Of a DNA stretch of 28,545 bases, positions 9,692-18,531 are shown in pieces (the first letter of the stretch is position 1; the number at the start of each line of letters is the position of its first letter). Under the pieces are notes generated by a model. The model saw nothing but the letters and a program-made list of their open reading frames with translations. It had not been told where the DNA came from and did not search any database. The position numbers were made by a program, and so were the translations under genes. Source of the DNA: Okeania sp. (GTDB lineage: Bacteria; Cyanobacteriota; Cyanobacteriia; Cyanobacteriales; Microcoleaceae); the NCBI RefSeq assembly GCF_035285525.1, contig NZ_JAYKGW010000034.1, positions 1 through 28,545 on the forward strand. The letters are read 5' to 3'.

Positions 9692-9925
9692 CTGATTTAT
9701 CGGGAACCATAAAAGTCTTTTTGTTAGGGGAGGCAGTAGGGAGTAGGGAGTATGTAGGCACGTTGTATGCAGTTTCCTTAAAGAGTTAAGAGAAGCGAGG
9801 AGTTGGAGAAGAGGTGGTCATTTATAATTGCCCCTTAGTTTTTCCCTCATAATTACTCCAAAATTCTCACTTTTTCCACTTTCTCAACCCAAAAGCTGGT
9901 ACTTTTACGGTTCCCGAAAAATCAG
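9692..9925. mobile_element. MITE-like 234-bp element with 25-bp terminal inverted repeats (23/25 match)
   Basis: ctgatttatcgggaaccataaaagt (9692-9716) versus the reverse complement of acttttacggttcccgaaaaatcag (9901-9925). Related half-sites (tttcaggaaccgtgc / tatcgggaaccgta) occur at about 1993-2010, 13331-13346 and 25988-26005. Confidence 0.6.
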
Positions 9926-10305
9926 TACCTAAAATTCTTCAAACCTTTATTGAACAAGACTTAGGGAAATATACTATATAGATAGAGTTAAAAAACTATT
10001 GTTCAATAGTTTTAAGCACTATATATCTAGGGTGGCTGCGTAAGTCCTTTTGAATAGTACTTTGATATTTAATCAGCAAGCCCTATAGAAGTATTGATAT
10101 AGAAACCTAAAATAATTTTTGTGGAAAAAAAGTTCTAGCTTTTTGCTCTTTCAAGTTAGAGTATTGAGCAGACAATAAGGGAAAAATTAAGGAATAATTT
10201 GACTACAATCAAGCATTAAAGAAATAGAGTAAATCCAACCTAGGATAAAATAATAGTTATAATGTCTTTGATTTTTGCTATCTTTATAACTAATAACAAA
10301 TCAAA

Positions 10306-11877
10306 TTAATAGTAGTTACCAGAGTAATTATTTTGCTGTTGATTTTCTTGATTTTCCTGGTTCGGATATTCGAGTTGATAATCAGAAGGCTCATAGAATG
10401 TTTTTGGTGAATCAACTTTGGTACTATTATCATCAACAGAATAATTGTACGGAGATACTTGAGTTTTTATATCATTAGAATAATCTACCTTTTCTGGTTT
10501 AAATTTATCTTCATCAGATACAAATGAACTATCAGGAAAAACGTCATTACCAACAGAATTTGGCTTAGGTAATTTATTTAATTTTGGTGGATTTTTAGAG
10601 TGATTTTCGACTGAAATATAATCAAAAAGAGGACTAGATGGATCTTGACTTCGGAAAGTATAATTCTGCTCTTTTTTCAGACTTTCTAAGATATTATCCG
10701 ATTTGAAACTTCTTCCTTTGTTATTAACTTTGGCATAGCTATAACGCATCGTAACATCAAAACCTATCCACCCAAAAGTTACAGCAGTCAAGAGAAATAA
10801 CGAAAAAATTGTTAACTGGAAATAAATTCGATTAATCCAACTAAACATAAACATATTAGCAAGAATTTTCACATTAATGTTATTCACCTTTTTCCTGGGA
10901 ACTTCCTTAGCAATATGTTTCTCTTCTTCATAATCAATAGTTGATTCTAATTCACACTCTATTAATTTACCTTTATTGTTAAAAGCAGATGATTTCTCTG
11001 TTACAGAATTATCTGGTTTTTTGACATCTAAAATACTTGATTCATTTAACAGAAAAGCCAACCAACTTTCAACTGTTTGAGGTCGTTTTTTGGGATCTAT
11101 TTCTAATCCCATGAGAATAGTATTCTCAATACATTGAGTAAGATTAGGTTGCAAATATTTCAGTTCTTTTGTAGAAAATTTAAGTGTTTGAGAAACAGTT
11201 TTACTAAGTCTTAAAGGTGCAGGAATAGGAGTTTGGCCAGTAAGTAAATAATATAAAGTAGCAGTTAAAGCATAAATATCTGTTGCTGGACTTAACTTTT
11301 GTTTGGGATTACATTGTTCTGGCGGTGAATATCCCATAGAAAATAAATTAGTATGAGTTTGTCTAATTCCAGGAGTTAAATCACAAGCAATACCAAAATC
11401 AGTTAGTATGACTGTATTAGTTCCAGCTCGCCTAATAATATTCTTAGGTTGTATATCCCGATGTAAAAACCCATTTTTGTGGACTACTGAAAGAGCTGAA
11501 GCAATTTGGTGTACATAATGAGCAGCTTGGTGAGGATGGAGATTATTGCTATACTTTTTTACCAACTCAGCCAAATTTTGACCCGGTATATAGTCCATTA
11601 CTATGAAGAAAAAACCATCTTCTTCAAAAAAGTCCCATATTCTGACAATATTGGGATGTACAGATTTAGCCAGGAGGTGAGCTTCACTGATAAATTGATG
11701 CTGAAATTTAGGAAAATCTTGATGTTGTCGTAGACTTTCATTCAAAGTTTTCAACACAACAATTTGGTTAAATTGATGATGAATAGCTCGGTAAGTTATA
11801 CCAAAACATCCTTGGCCTAAAATACTATCTATAGTATATTTTCCTTCTTGAAGGACAACTCCTGCTGTTAAGTTCAT
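10306..11877 (-). CDS. Hanks-type Ser/Thr protein kinase with a central TM segment and a long low-complexity C-terminal region
   Basis: Gly-loop LGQGCFG, VLK lysine, catalytic loop HRDIQPKN, DFG, SPPE. The predicted TM is IYFQLTIFSLFLLTAVTFGWIGF. The tail is S/N/P/D-rich and ends QENQENQQQNNYSGNYY. Confidence 0.9.
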   Translation of the reverse strand: MNLTAGVVLQEGKYTIDSILGQGCFGITYRAIHHQFNQIVVLKTLNESLRQHQDFPKFQHQFISEAHLLAKSVHPNIVRIWDFFEEDGFFFIVMDYIPGQNLAELVKKYSNNLHPHQAAHYVHQIASALSVVHKNGFLHRDIQPKNIIRRAGTNTVILTDFGIACDLTPGIRQTHTNLFSMGYSPPEQCNPKQKLSPATDIYALTATLYYLLTGQTPIPAPLRLSKTVSQTLKFSTKELKYLQPNLTQCIENTILMGLEIDPKKRPQTVESWLAFLLNESSILDVKKPDNSVTEKSSAFNNKGKLIECELESTIDYEEEKHIAKEVPRKKVNNINVKILANMFMFSWINRIYFQLTIFSLFLLTAVTFGWIGFDVTMRYSYAKVNNKGRSFKSDNILESLKKEQNYTFRSQDPSSPLFDYISVENHSKNPPKLNKLPKPNSVGNDVFPDSSFVSDEDKFKPEKVDYSNDIKTQVSPYNYSVDDNSTKVDSPKTFYEPSDYQLEYPNQENQENQQQNNYSGNYY

Positions 11878-12057
11878 AAATACTAATTTTCATACAAGTA
11901 TTATTGGTTAGAATACAACAATTTTAATAAACCTAATATTTAAACCAGATTTACTATAAATTAGTTAAATAGTAGCTTGAAAGAGTCAAATCAGGTAATC
12001 TAAATCAGTAACTATTTAAAGATAGTTAAACACAAAAATCTATAAAATAGAATACTT

Positions 12058-12813
12058 ATGAGGGAAAAAAACTCTGGCTCTGCACTTAGTCCACTTCCAG
12101 AAAGTCTAGTTTTAGGTTTACCAGTACATTGTAGCAACAACTATTCTGGTTGGTTACTTTCTCGACTAGAGGCCGAAGTAGGAACTCATATAGTTACACT
12201 AAATGCAGAAATGGTAATCCAAGGTGAGAAAAATCATGTCTTAGCTAATATAATTCGTCAAGCTGAATTAGTAGTTCCTGATGGAGCAGGTGTAGTTTTA
12301 TACCTGAAGTTTAAGGGTAAGTCTGTACAGCGTTGTCCTGGTATTGAATTAGCAGAAAGTCTTTTGTGGCAAGTATCTAAACAAAATCCAGATAATTTGG
12401 TATTTTTCTATGGAGGAAAACCAGGAGTAGCAATGAAAGCTGCTGAGTCTTGGCAAGACAAAGTTCCAGAGTTAGCGATCGCTTGTCAACATGGTTATCT
12501 ATCTCCAGCAGAAGAGAAGGAACTTTTGCACACTTTGGCACAATTACAACCCAGATTAATATTCGTAGGTTTAGGAGTACCTCGTCAAGAGTTATGGATT
12601 GCGGAACATAAATATATTTGTCCTCAAGCAATTTGGATTGGTATTGGTGGTAGTTTTGATATATGGGCTGGTATAAAGGAAAGGGCACCTGCTTGGTTTC
12701 GTAATAATTCTTTGGAGTGGTTATATCGACTTTATCAGGAACCTTGGCGTTGGAGAAGAATGTTGTCTCTACCAAAATTTGCCTGGAAAACTTTGATGGA
12801 AATTAAATTTTAG
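12058..12813 (+). CDS. WecB/TagA/CpsF-family glycosyltransferase (lipid-linked ManNAc/ManNAcA-type transferase family)
   Basis: Family blocks were read from the translation: VTLNAEMV, VPDGAGVV, FFYGGKPGVA, LIFVGLGVPRQELWI, IGIGGSFDIWAG...RAP.W, LEWLYRLYQEPWRWRRM. Confidence 0.87.
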   Translation: MREKNSGSALSPLPESLVLGLPVHCSNNYSGWLLSRLEAEVGTHIVTLNAEMVIQGEKNHVLANIIRQAELVVPDGAGVVLYLKFKGKSVQRCPGIELAESLLWQVSKQNPDNLVFFYGGKPGVAMKAAESWQDKVPELAIACQHGYLSPAEEKELLHTLAQLQPRLIFVGLGVPRQELWIAEHKYICPQAIWIGIGGSFDIWAGIKERAPAWFRNNSLEWLYRLYQEPWRWRRMLSLPKFAWKTLMEIKF

Positions 12814-12815
12814 AC

Positions 12816-12905
12816 AGAAGAAGGAGTAAGAAGGAAGAAGGAGTAAGAAGGAAGAAGGAAGAAGGAGGAAGGAAGAAGGAAGAAGGAAGAAGGAGAAAGA
12901 AGAAA
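12816..12905. repeat. 90-bp polypurine tract made of AGAAGGA-type heptamers (STRR-like), starting 3 nt after the stop codon
   Basis: agaagaaggagtaagaaggaagaaggagtaagaaggaagaaggaagaaggaggaaggaagaaggaagaaggaagaaggagaaagaagaaa contains only two pyrimidines. The complementary motif cttcttccttcttccttc occurs at 19440-19458. Confidence 0.95.
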
Positions 12906-13564
12906 CTTTTAACGCAACTTCCGCACGTCAAATTATAACACTAGAGTATTATAATAATTTGGTAGCTTAGTAAATATTTATACTGTAGGAATTATCTTTC
13001 TTTATTTAGCTTTCTCATTCATCCAATTCTCAGGAAAATATGAAGCATAAATACTTAATTAACTATTTACTTTTATAATTTTCTTCTTAATGCATGACTT
13101 TTGACTTTTGACTTATATTTTATGGTACATTTTGTCTGGCGAAATGTAGGCTTTAACAAAAAGGGATAAACTATAGAGATAACTATCTAGGGCTTACTTA
13201 TGGAAAATCTTTTGGCTCTTTGTAGTCAGGAGTCAAACCACCCCTAACCCTTCCCAGGAGGAGAAGTCAGGAGAAAAGGTTTTCCAATTTTTAGAATGTT
13301 AAAAAGTACTCTTGTTTGAGTTCCTAATGCACGGTTCCTGAAACCCAAAAGGAGCGCATTTTGAACATGAGTTGTGCAACAAAATTACCCCCTATCAACC
13401 CATCATCCCATCTCCTTAAAAAAACTTTTTTAGCAAACCCTAATTATTAATTATTAATTATTAGTTATTGAAAGGGAATTTGTCTTTACCTTAGATAGAA
13501 AACCAATCTGGCGGAGGCAACCTTCTAGAAAATAAAATACAAAGCAAAAAACAAAAATAAACTA

Positions 13565-15313
13565 TTAAATATTAACTGCCGATACTTGTTCATCAAAAGG
13601 AATTTTAGGAAAGTTCGGCAAATCTACTGCTGCTGATAAGTTTTGTTTTTCTGGTACTTCAGGTACAATTTCTTCTTCAAAAAATTCAGGCTCAAATACA
13701 GGTGAATCCCAAGTTGGTAAATGTAGCTTATTACCTACTAATGTTGTCTCTTCGACATCTTGCTCCACTTCCTCTACCATTTCAGAAGACTCATCTGCAT
13801 TTATTTCAGGATTTATATCTTTTTCTAGTATAGGTTGATACTCACAAACATTCCACTTTCCTGTAGAGATGTTCCATGATATACGCTCTTGTTTAATCCC
13901 TTTATTTGATTCCTCAGACAAATTCTCTACTTTTTTAGATTCTTCCATAACCTTATTTTCGACCAATTTTTCCCTTTCTTTTTGTTGACTTTTTCCTTTA
14001 GGTAAATCATTTTCTATAACTAAATACTCTTCTGCTTCTGTATACTGTAAAGTAGTATCTTGTGGCGATACTTTTTCTGCTAATTCATAATCAGGAACTT
14101 CACCTATTCTACTAAATAAAGGTAGACTAGGATTTAATATAGTCTCACTAACCTCAGTAAAAAATTCATACTCAGAAGTATTTTCTGGTGATGATGATAC
14201 TTCTTGTGGTTTAGTCAAACCTTGAGGTAAATCTAATTTATTTTCCCAATTAATATTAGTAGAATTCGTTTCTTTTTTGTCAAAAATAGATTCTTCTACT
14301 TGTTTATTTTTTATCTTTGGAGACCAAGGTTTAACTGGTTCAGAATTGATCAGAGGTATTTTTTTTGTGTTAGTCTGAAGGAAAGAATTTTCTTGCTTAA
14401 AAGTTTCAGATTTTGAGCTTAATTCAGATGTTTGAAATGTAGATTTTTCTTCTTCTAAAAGTTCAGATTTTGAACTTAATTCAGATGTTTGAACTGGATT
14501 GTTTACAGCTTTTTCAATTGTTTGATTTACCCTATCTATCTTTTCTGGAATTTCCAGATTTCTTGCCAAAGCAGCTTTGAACTGTAAAGTTTGTTGTTGC
14601 TGTCGATATAGTCTGTTTCGCAACTCTCGGCAACTATTTTCTAACTGTTTAAGATGATAACTTTGTTGATTGTAAGATTGTTTAGTTAAAGCACATTCTC
14701 TTTCCATTTGTGCCTGTTGTTGTTGACTATTTTGCCACTTATTTGTTAAAGACTCAACTAAAACCTCTTGACGCTGAATAATTTTATTACATAACTCTAA
14801 CTTGTAAAATAAACGAGTTACCTGTTGTTGAGTTGCTGCTAGTTCTTTAGTTCTTTCTTCTACCAACTTTTCTTGATTTTCTAGAGTTTTTTGACATTCT
14901 TCTAAAGAGGTTTCTAATTCTGTAACTCGGTTTACCAGTTCGCGGTTACATTCATGCAAAGCTTCCATAAGACTGGGAGCTTCTAGTTCTTCAGTGGAGT
15001 CTTTTTTCAAAACTGATTTAACCCCTACAACTTCCTGAGACTTTCTTTGAGGTTGATTTTGATTAGGTAATTTTAAATCTTTCACTTCTGATGAAGTTGT
15101 TTTTGATACTGGAATTGAATCTACACTCATAGCATTAGGAAAATTAACGGTCTCCCACTCATCGTTCTCTAGAGATGTGCGTTTTTCTGGAGCTATATTT
15201 TCTTCAATTTTGTCCAGTTGATAAGTGTAGTCCAGTTTTTGGTGATTTACTGGATTATTTGTTTCTGGGAAGTTCTGGTTTCCAGGAAGTTCAGCTTCTG
15301 GCATGGCTTTCAC
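13565..15313 (-). CDS. Large (582 aa) coiled-coil-rich hypothetical protein with an acidic low-complexity C-terminal half
   Basis: A long heptad-like Q/E/L-rich segment (LMEALHECNRELVNRVTELETSLEECQKTLENQEKLVEERTKELAATQQQV...RELRNRLYRQQQQTLQFKAALA). An internal ~20-aa duplication QTSELSSKSELLEEEKSTF / QTSELSSKSETFKQENSFL is visible as a ~60-bp DNA repeat at about 14395-14500. Confidence 0.7.
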   Translation of the reverse strand: MKAMPEAELPGNQNFPETNNPVNHQKLDYTYQLDKIEENIAPEKRTSLENDEWETVNFPNAMSVDSIPVSKTTSSEVKDLKLPNQNQPQRKSQEVVGVKSVLKKDSTEELEAPSLMEALHECNRELVNRVTELETSLEECQKTLENQEKLVEERTKELAATQQQVTRLFYKLELCNKIIQRQEVLVESLTNKWQNSQQQQAQMERECALTKQSYNQQSYHLKQLENSCRELRNRLYRQQQQTLQFKAALARNLEIPEKIDRVNQTIEKAVNNPVQTSELSSKSELLEEEKSTFQTSELSSKSETFKQENSFLQTNTKKIPLINSEPVKPWSPKIKNKQVEESIFDKKETNSTNINWENKLDLPQGLTKPQEVSSSPENTSEYEFFTEVSETILNPSLPLFSRIGEVPDYELAEKVSPQDTTLQYTEAEEYLVIENDLPKGKSQQKEREKLVENKVMEESKKVENLSEESNKGIKQERISWNISTGKWNVCEYQPILEKDINPEINADESSEMVEEVEQDVEETTLVGNKLHLPTWDSPVFEPEFFEEEIVPEVPEKQNLSAAVDLPNFPKIPFDEQVSAVNI

Positions 15314-15403
15314 CTAGAGTAGAGTCTACAGATTGCCTGATTATTTATTATTTATAGCAATTCCCATATTTGTGAGGTACACAATTCCTGATTTTAGGCA
15401 AGA

Positions 15404-15429
15404 GGGAACAGGGAACAGGGAACAGGGAA
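15404..15429. repeat. STRR-type heptamer tandem repeat (GGGAACA x3.7)
   Basis: Read directly. Similar heptamer arrays occur at 4099-4128, 4497-4513, 4578-4592, 9735-9751, 13097-13115 and 13441-13470. Confidence 0.9.
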
Positions 15430-15831
15430 TTAAGAAATACGATAAAAATAAAAATAGATGTACCTTATGACTATGAAAAAGGTTATATATCCTTAATATT
15501 AATATTATCATGCCTGACCGTCAACTATAGCATAAGTCATAATTTATAAGTCATAAGTTCTAATAAATTAGGTTGACAAGAAGAGTAATACTGGAGGCAG
15601 AAGGGTTAGAATGATTTGGACAAAGTATCTTTCTCATAACTGGATTTGGTATCAGAAGTTCAATTCTGACTGTAACTAATAGTATGACCATATCTTTACC
15701 ATATCTATAGAACCTTTTTGGGATATATAAAGTTAGGTTGGGATCTGGGGAGATGGTTAGAGGCTATTTTTCTACCTTTTTTCCTATGCTATAGGTAATA
15801 TTTCCCAAAGCTATCTACCAACTTTCTAATA

Positions 15832-17718
15832 ATGCAAAATACCTTTTCCGGAACCAAAATATTATTACTAATCTTTTATATTTTCCCAGTATTATTACTT
15901 CTCTGGTTTCTAGGTAATTTTAGTGTCAATGTTCCCTATTGGGATCAATGGAGATTAACCTCTATATTTGAGCGAGTTGCTGAAGGGAATGCTACCTTTT
16001 TTGACTTTTTTACAGTACACGGACATCACAGAATATTAATACCTAAATTAATTATTACTGCTTTAGCTTTTGCGACTAAATGGAATACTCAAGCGGAAAT
16101 AATTTGTAGTGTTATTTTTGTCATCATCACATTTTTTACTATCTACAAAATAGCCGAAATTCAATTTAAAAGTCAAAACCAAAATATTCTACATATAGCA
16201 AATATTTTAAGTTGTCTATTTTTATTTTCTTTAGTGCAACATCAGAACTGGTTATGGGGATTTACCATATTTTGGTTTCTGACAAACTTATGTTTAATAG
16301 TGGCAGTATATTTTATTTACGCTTTAGAGAATTTATCAGCAAAAACTAGAATATTTATAGCAGCAATATTTTGTTTAATTGGAAGTTTTACTCTAATCCA
16401 AGGATTACTTTCTTGGCTAGTTTTAATTCCGTTAATATTATCTATAGAAGGGAAAGTAAAACAAAAAATTAGTAGGCTAAGTATCTGGATTTTGCTATTT
16501 ATAATTTCATGTATTGTCTACGCAATTAACTTTAATCCAATTCGAGAACCTAAACCATTTTTATTTACAGAAAAACCTTTTTTGATTATAAATTACTTTT
16601 TAGCAGTTCTCGGTTTACCTTTAGTGAGACTTCCCATTCTGGCAATTTTAACCGGATTAATATTATTGTCTGGTTTCCTATTTTTTACATATTACTTTCT
16701 CAGGAAAATTTTGTTTCAAAAAGAAAGTCAAGAATTAGGAAGAAAAAGTTATGGAGCAGAAACAATGAGTAGGCAATTTAGAGGTAAAATAATTTCTATT
16801 CCAGAAACTTTAGATGCACTTTTATTAACAAATTTAGACTTTTCTTCAAAGGCAACTATTCCTTGGTTAACAATAGGTACATTTTCTCTAATTTCTGCTG
16901 TATCTATTTCTGTAGGTAGAGCAGAATATGGAATTGAAAATGCTATGATTTCTTCCCGATATACAACTACGTCAATATTATTAATTATTTCTCTAATTTA
17001 TCTTCTGGCTTTGTTTGTACAAGAGCAACAAAAACAAAAATATTTATCAATATATAAAATTTTAGCTGCCCTAATGACAGGAATTATAATGATTAATTCA
17101 GTATCTGTTGTGCGGAATATAAAATTAAGTTTTCCCTACATGGAAAGTCGGAAAGAATGTCTAGAAATCATTAACTATTTAGCAGATTCAGAATTTATCA
17201 AAACATCTCCAGATAGTTGTTTGGTATTAATGAATGGCAAAACTTGGTTGGTCAGACAAGGTGCAGAAATTATGGCAAAATTAGGATGGCGAGAATTTCC
17301 TCAAAATCTGGAATTTATCCAACAACCAAAACAAAATTATGGTTATTTAGATAATCCTCAAACAAGTGCAAAACCTCTAATTATTAAAGGTGATGAAAGT
17401 CTAAGTTTGGGAGGTTGGGCAATTAGACCAGATAGAAAAAAACAACCTAATTTAGTCTTGTTTTCTTCTGGTGAGAATGAATATTTTTTTGCTAATGCTA
17501 TTGTTAATTTAGAGAGTAATGATATTGCTACAATTATGAAGTCGAAAATTTATAGTAGAGCCAGATGGAAAGTAAAATTTTTAGCCAAATCTTTACCTGT
17601 GGGAGAAACTGTTATTAAGGCTTGGGTTTATAATTCTAACAAACAAGAATTTGTCAAATTAAATGATGAATTAAAACTTAGAGTAGAAGGGAGTTCAGAA
17701 GATAATAATAACTTCTAA
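15832..17718 (+). CDS. Polytopic membrane protein (about 12 or more TM segments) with a C-terminal soluble domain; putative GT-C-type glycosyltransferase, paralogue of 22717-24507
   Basis: Strongly hydrophobic N-terminal ~450 aa. An acidic/aromatic motif follows TM1 (VPYWDQW). It shares blocks with the second membrane protein: HHRILIPKLIITAL / EHFVLIPAIIYAL, QHQNWLWG / AAHNWMRG, YGIENAMISSRYTT / FGIEQAIASRYAT. The function is inferred, not recognised. Confidence 0.72.
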   Translation: MQNTFSGTKILLLIFYIFPVLLLLWFLGNFSVNVPYWDQWRLTSIFERVAEGNATFFDFFTVHGHHRILIPKLIITALAFATKWNTQAEIICSVIFVIITFFTIYKIAEIQFKSQNQNILHIANILSCLFLFSLVQHQNWLWGFTIFWFLTNLCLIVAVYFIYALENLSAKTRIFIAAIFCLIGSFTLIQGLLSWLVLIPLILSIEGKVKQKISRLSIWILLFIISCIVYAINFNPIREPKPFLFTEKPFLIINYFLAVLGLPLVRLPILAILTGLILLSGFLFFTYYFLRKILFQKESQELGRKSYGAETMSRQFRGKIISIPETLDALLLTNLDFSSKATIPWLTIGTFSLISAVSISVGRAEYGIENAMISSRYTTTSILLIISLIYLLALFVQEQQKQKYLSIYKILAALMTGIIMINSVSVVRNIKLSFPYMESRKECLEIINYLADSEFIKTSPDSCLVLMNGKTWLVRQGAEIMAKLGWREFPQNLEFIQQPKQNYGYLDNPQTSAKPLIIKGDESLSLGGWAIRPDRKKQPNLVLFSSGENEYFFANAIVNLESNDIATIMKSKIYSRARWKVKFLAKSLPVGETVIKAWVYNSNKQEFVKLNDELKLRVEGSSEDNNNF

Positions 17719-17752
17719 GATAGCCATGAAATAAATTATTCAACACCATCCC

Positions 17753-18470
17753 ACCATGAAATAAATTTGATAGCTCATAGCTGAACTCCCTTAACAGGGA
17801 CTGAAAATATCTAGTCCTTTGAAGAGGACTTAAGCTTTTAACGAAGGATTTTAATCCCTGGTATTATTAGAGAATTTTACAGGAGAATCCTCTTCATCAG
17901 TCATTTGTTCTAGATAAGAATTTACAGTTCCTTTTGAATGATGTTGTTTTTGATTATCGACATAAGCGATCGCTAGTTCTAATTGTTTTTGTCCCAAAGA
18001 AAAAACCCATATCCTCTTTGTCAAGCAAATTTATTTTCCTTCTGAGATAGAACATTATTTAGATAATGAGAACTACTACCTTTAATCTTTTTTACAAAAT
18101 CAGAAATAGCTAAAGTAGGTGGGATTGAAACTATTAAATCAATATGATTTTCTACACCATTAATAGCATGAATAATATAATTAAGAGCATCAGCTTTGCC
18201 AATAATATAATGATAAAGTTGAGGTTCAATATTTTGTTTGATCAGAGGTGGTCTTTCTTTAGTTGACCAAACAAAATGATAAAAAAGTCGCCATAATGCT
18301 ATTCTAATTTTTATCTTTTAAATATACAAATTTCAGGTGAAAATTGATATACTGCCCATAAATTTATTTCATGGCTAATAGCTTAAGTCCTCTTGAGAGG
18401 ACTAAGTATTTTTAGTCCCTTTTCAGGGACTTGAGCTTTAAGCCTGGGATTTTAATCCCAGCCAGTATAT
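17753..18470 (-). mobile_element. Decayed IS200/IS605-type (tnpA-only, ~0.7 kb) element with hairpin-rich ends
   Basis: A Y1-transposase pseudogene is flanked by copies of a two-hairpin module: left about 17785-17862 (...tagtcctttgaagaggacttaagcttttaacgaaggattttaatcc) and right about 18383-18460 (...tagtcccttttcagggacttgagctttaagcctgggattttaatccc). A short inverted repeat is also present: ccatgaaataaattt (17753-17767) / aaatttatttcatgg (18360-18374). Exact ends are uncertain. Confidence 0.55.
17851..18302 (-). pseudogene. IS200/IS605-family Y1 (HUH) transposase / RAYT-like gene, inactivated
   Basis: My minus-strand translation gives (ATA)ALWRLFYHFVWSTKERPPLIKQNIEPQLYHYIIGKADALNYIIHAINGVENHIDLIVSIPPTLAISDFVKKIKGSSSHYLNNVLSQKENKFA*QRGYG, then a frameshift in a T-run, then FSLGQKQLELAIAYVDNQKQHHSKGTVNSYLEQMTDEEDSPVKFSNNTRD*. 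Lesions are ATA in place of ATG, TGA where W is expected (FAWQRGYG), one frameshift, and HUH degraded to H-I-D. Confidence 0.8.
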
Positions 18471-18531
18471 CCTCATAGAATGATTTTAATCTCAGACAGT
18501 ATATCCTAAAAAAATTAATTTTAATCAAAAT

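Noticed and set aside
7252-11877. Two kinases plus the nearby helicase as a possible signalling or defence module
   Set aside because: ABC1/UbiB kinases, Hanks kinases and the rimO-linked DEAD-box helicase are ordinary, widely conserved cyanobacterial housekeeping or regulatory genes. No nuclease, NTPase-effector or other defence hallmark is present. Only the individual oddities are reported above.
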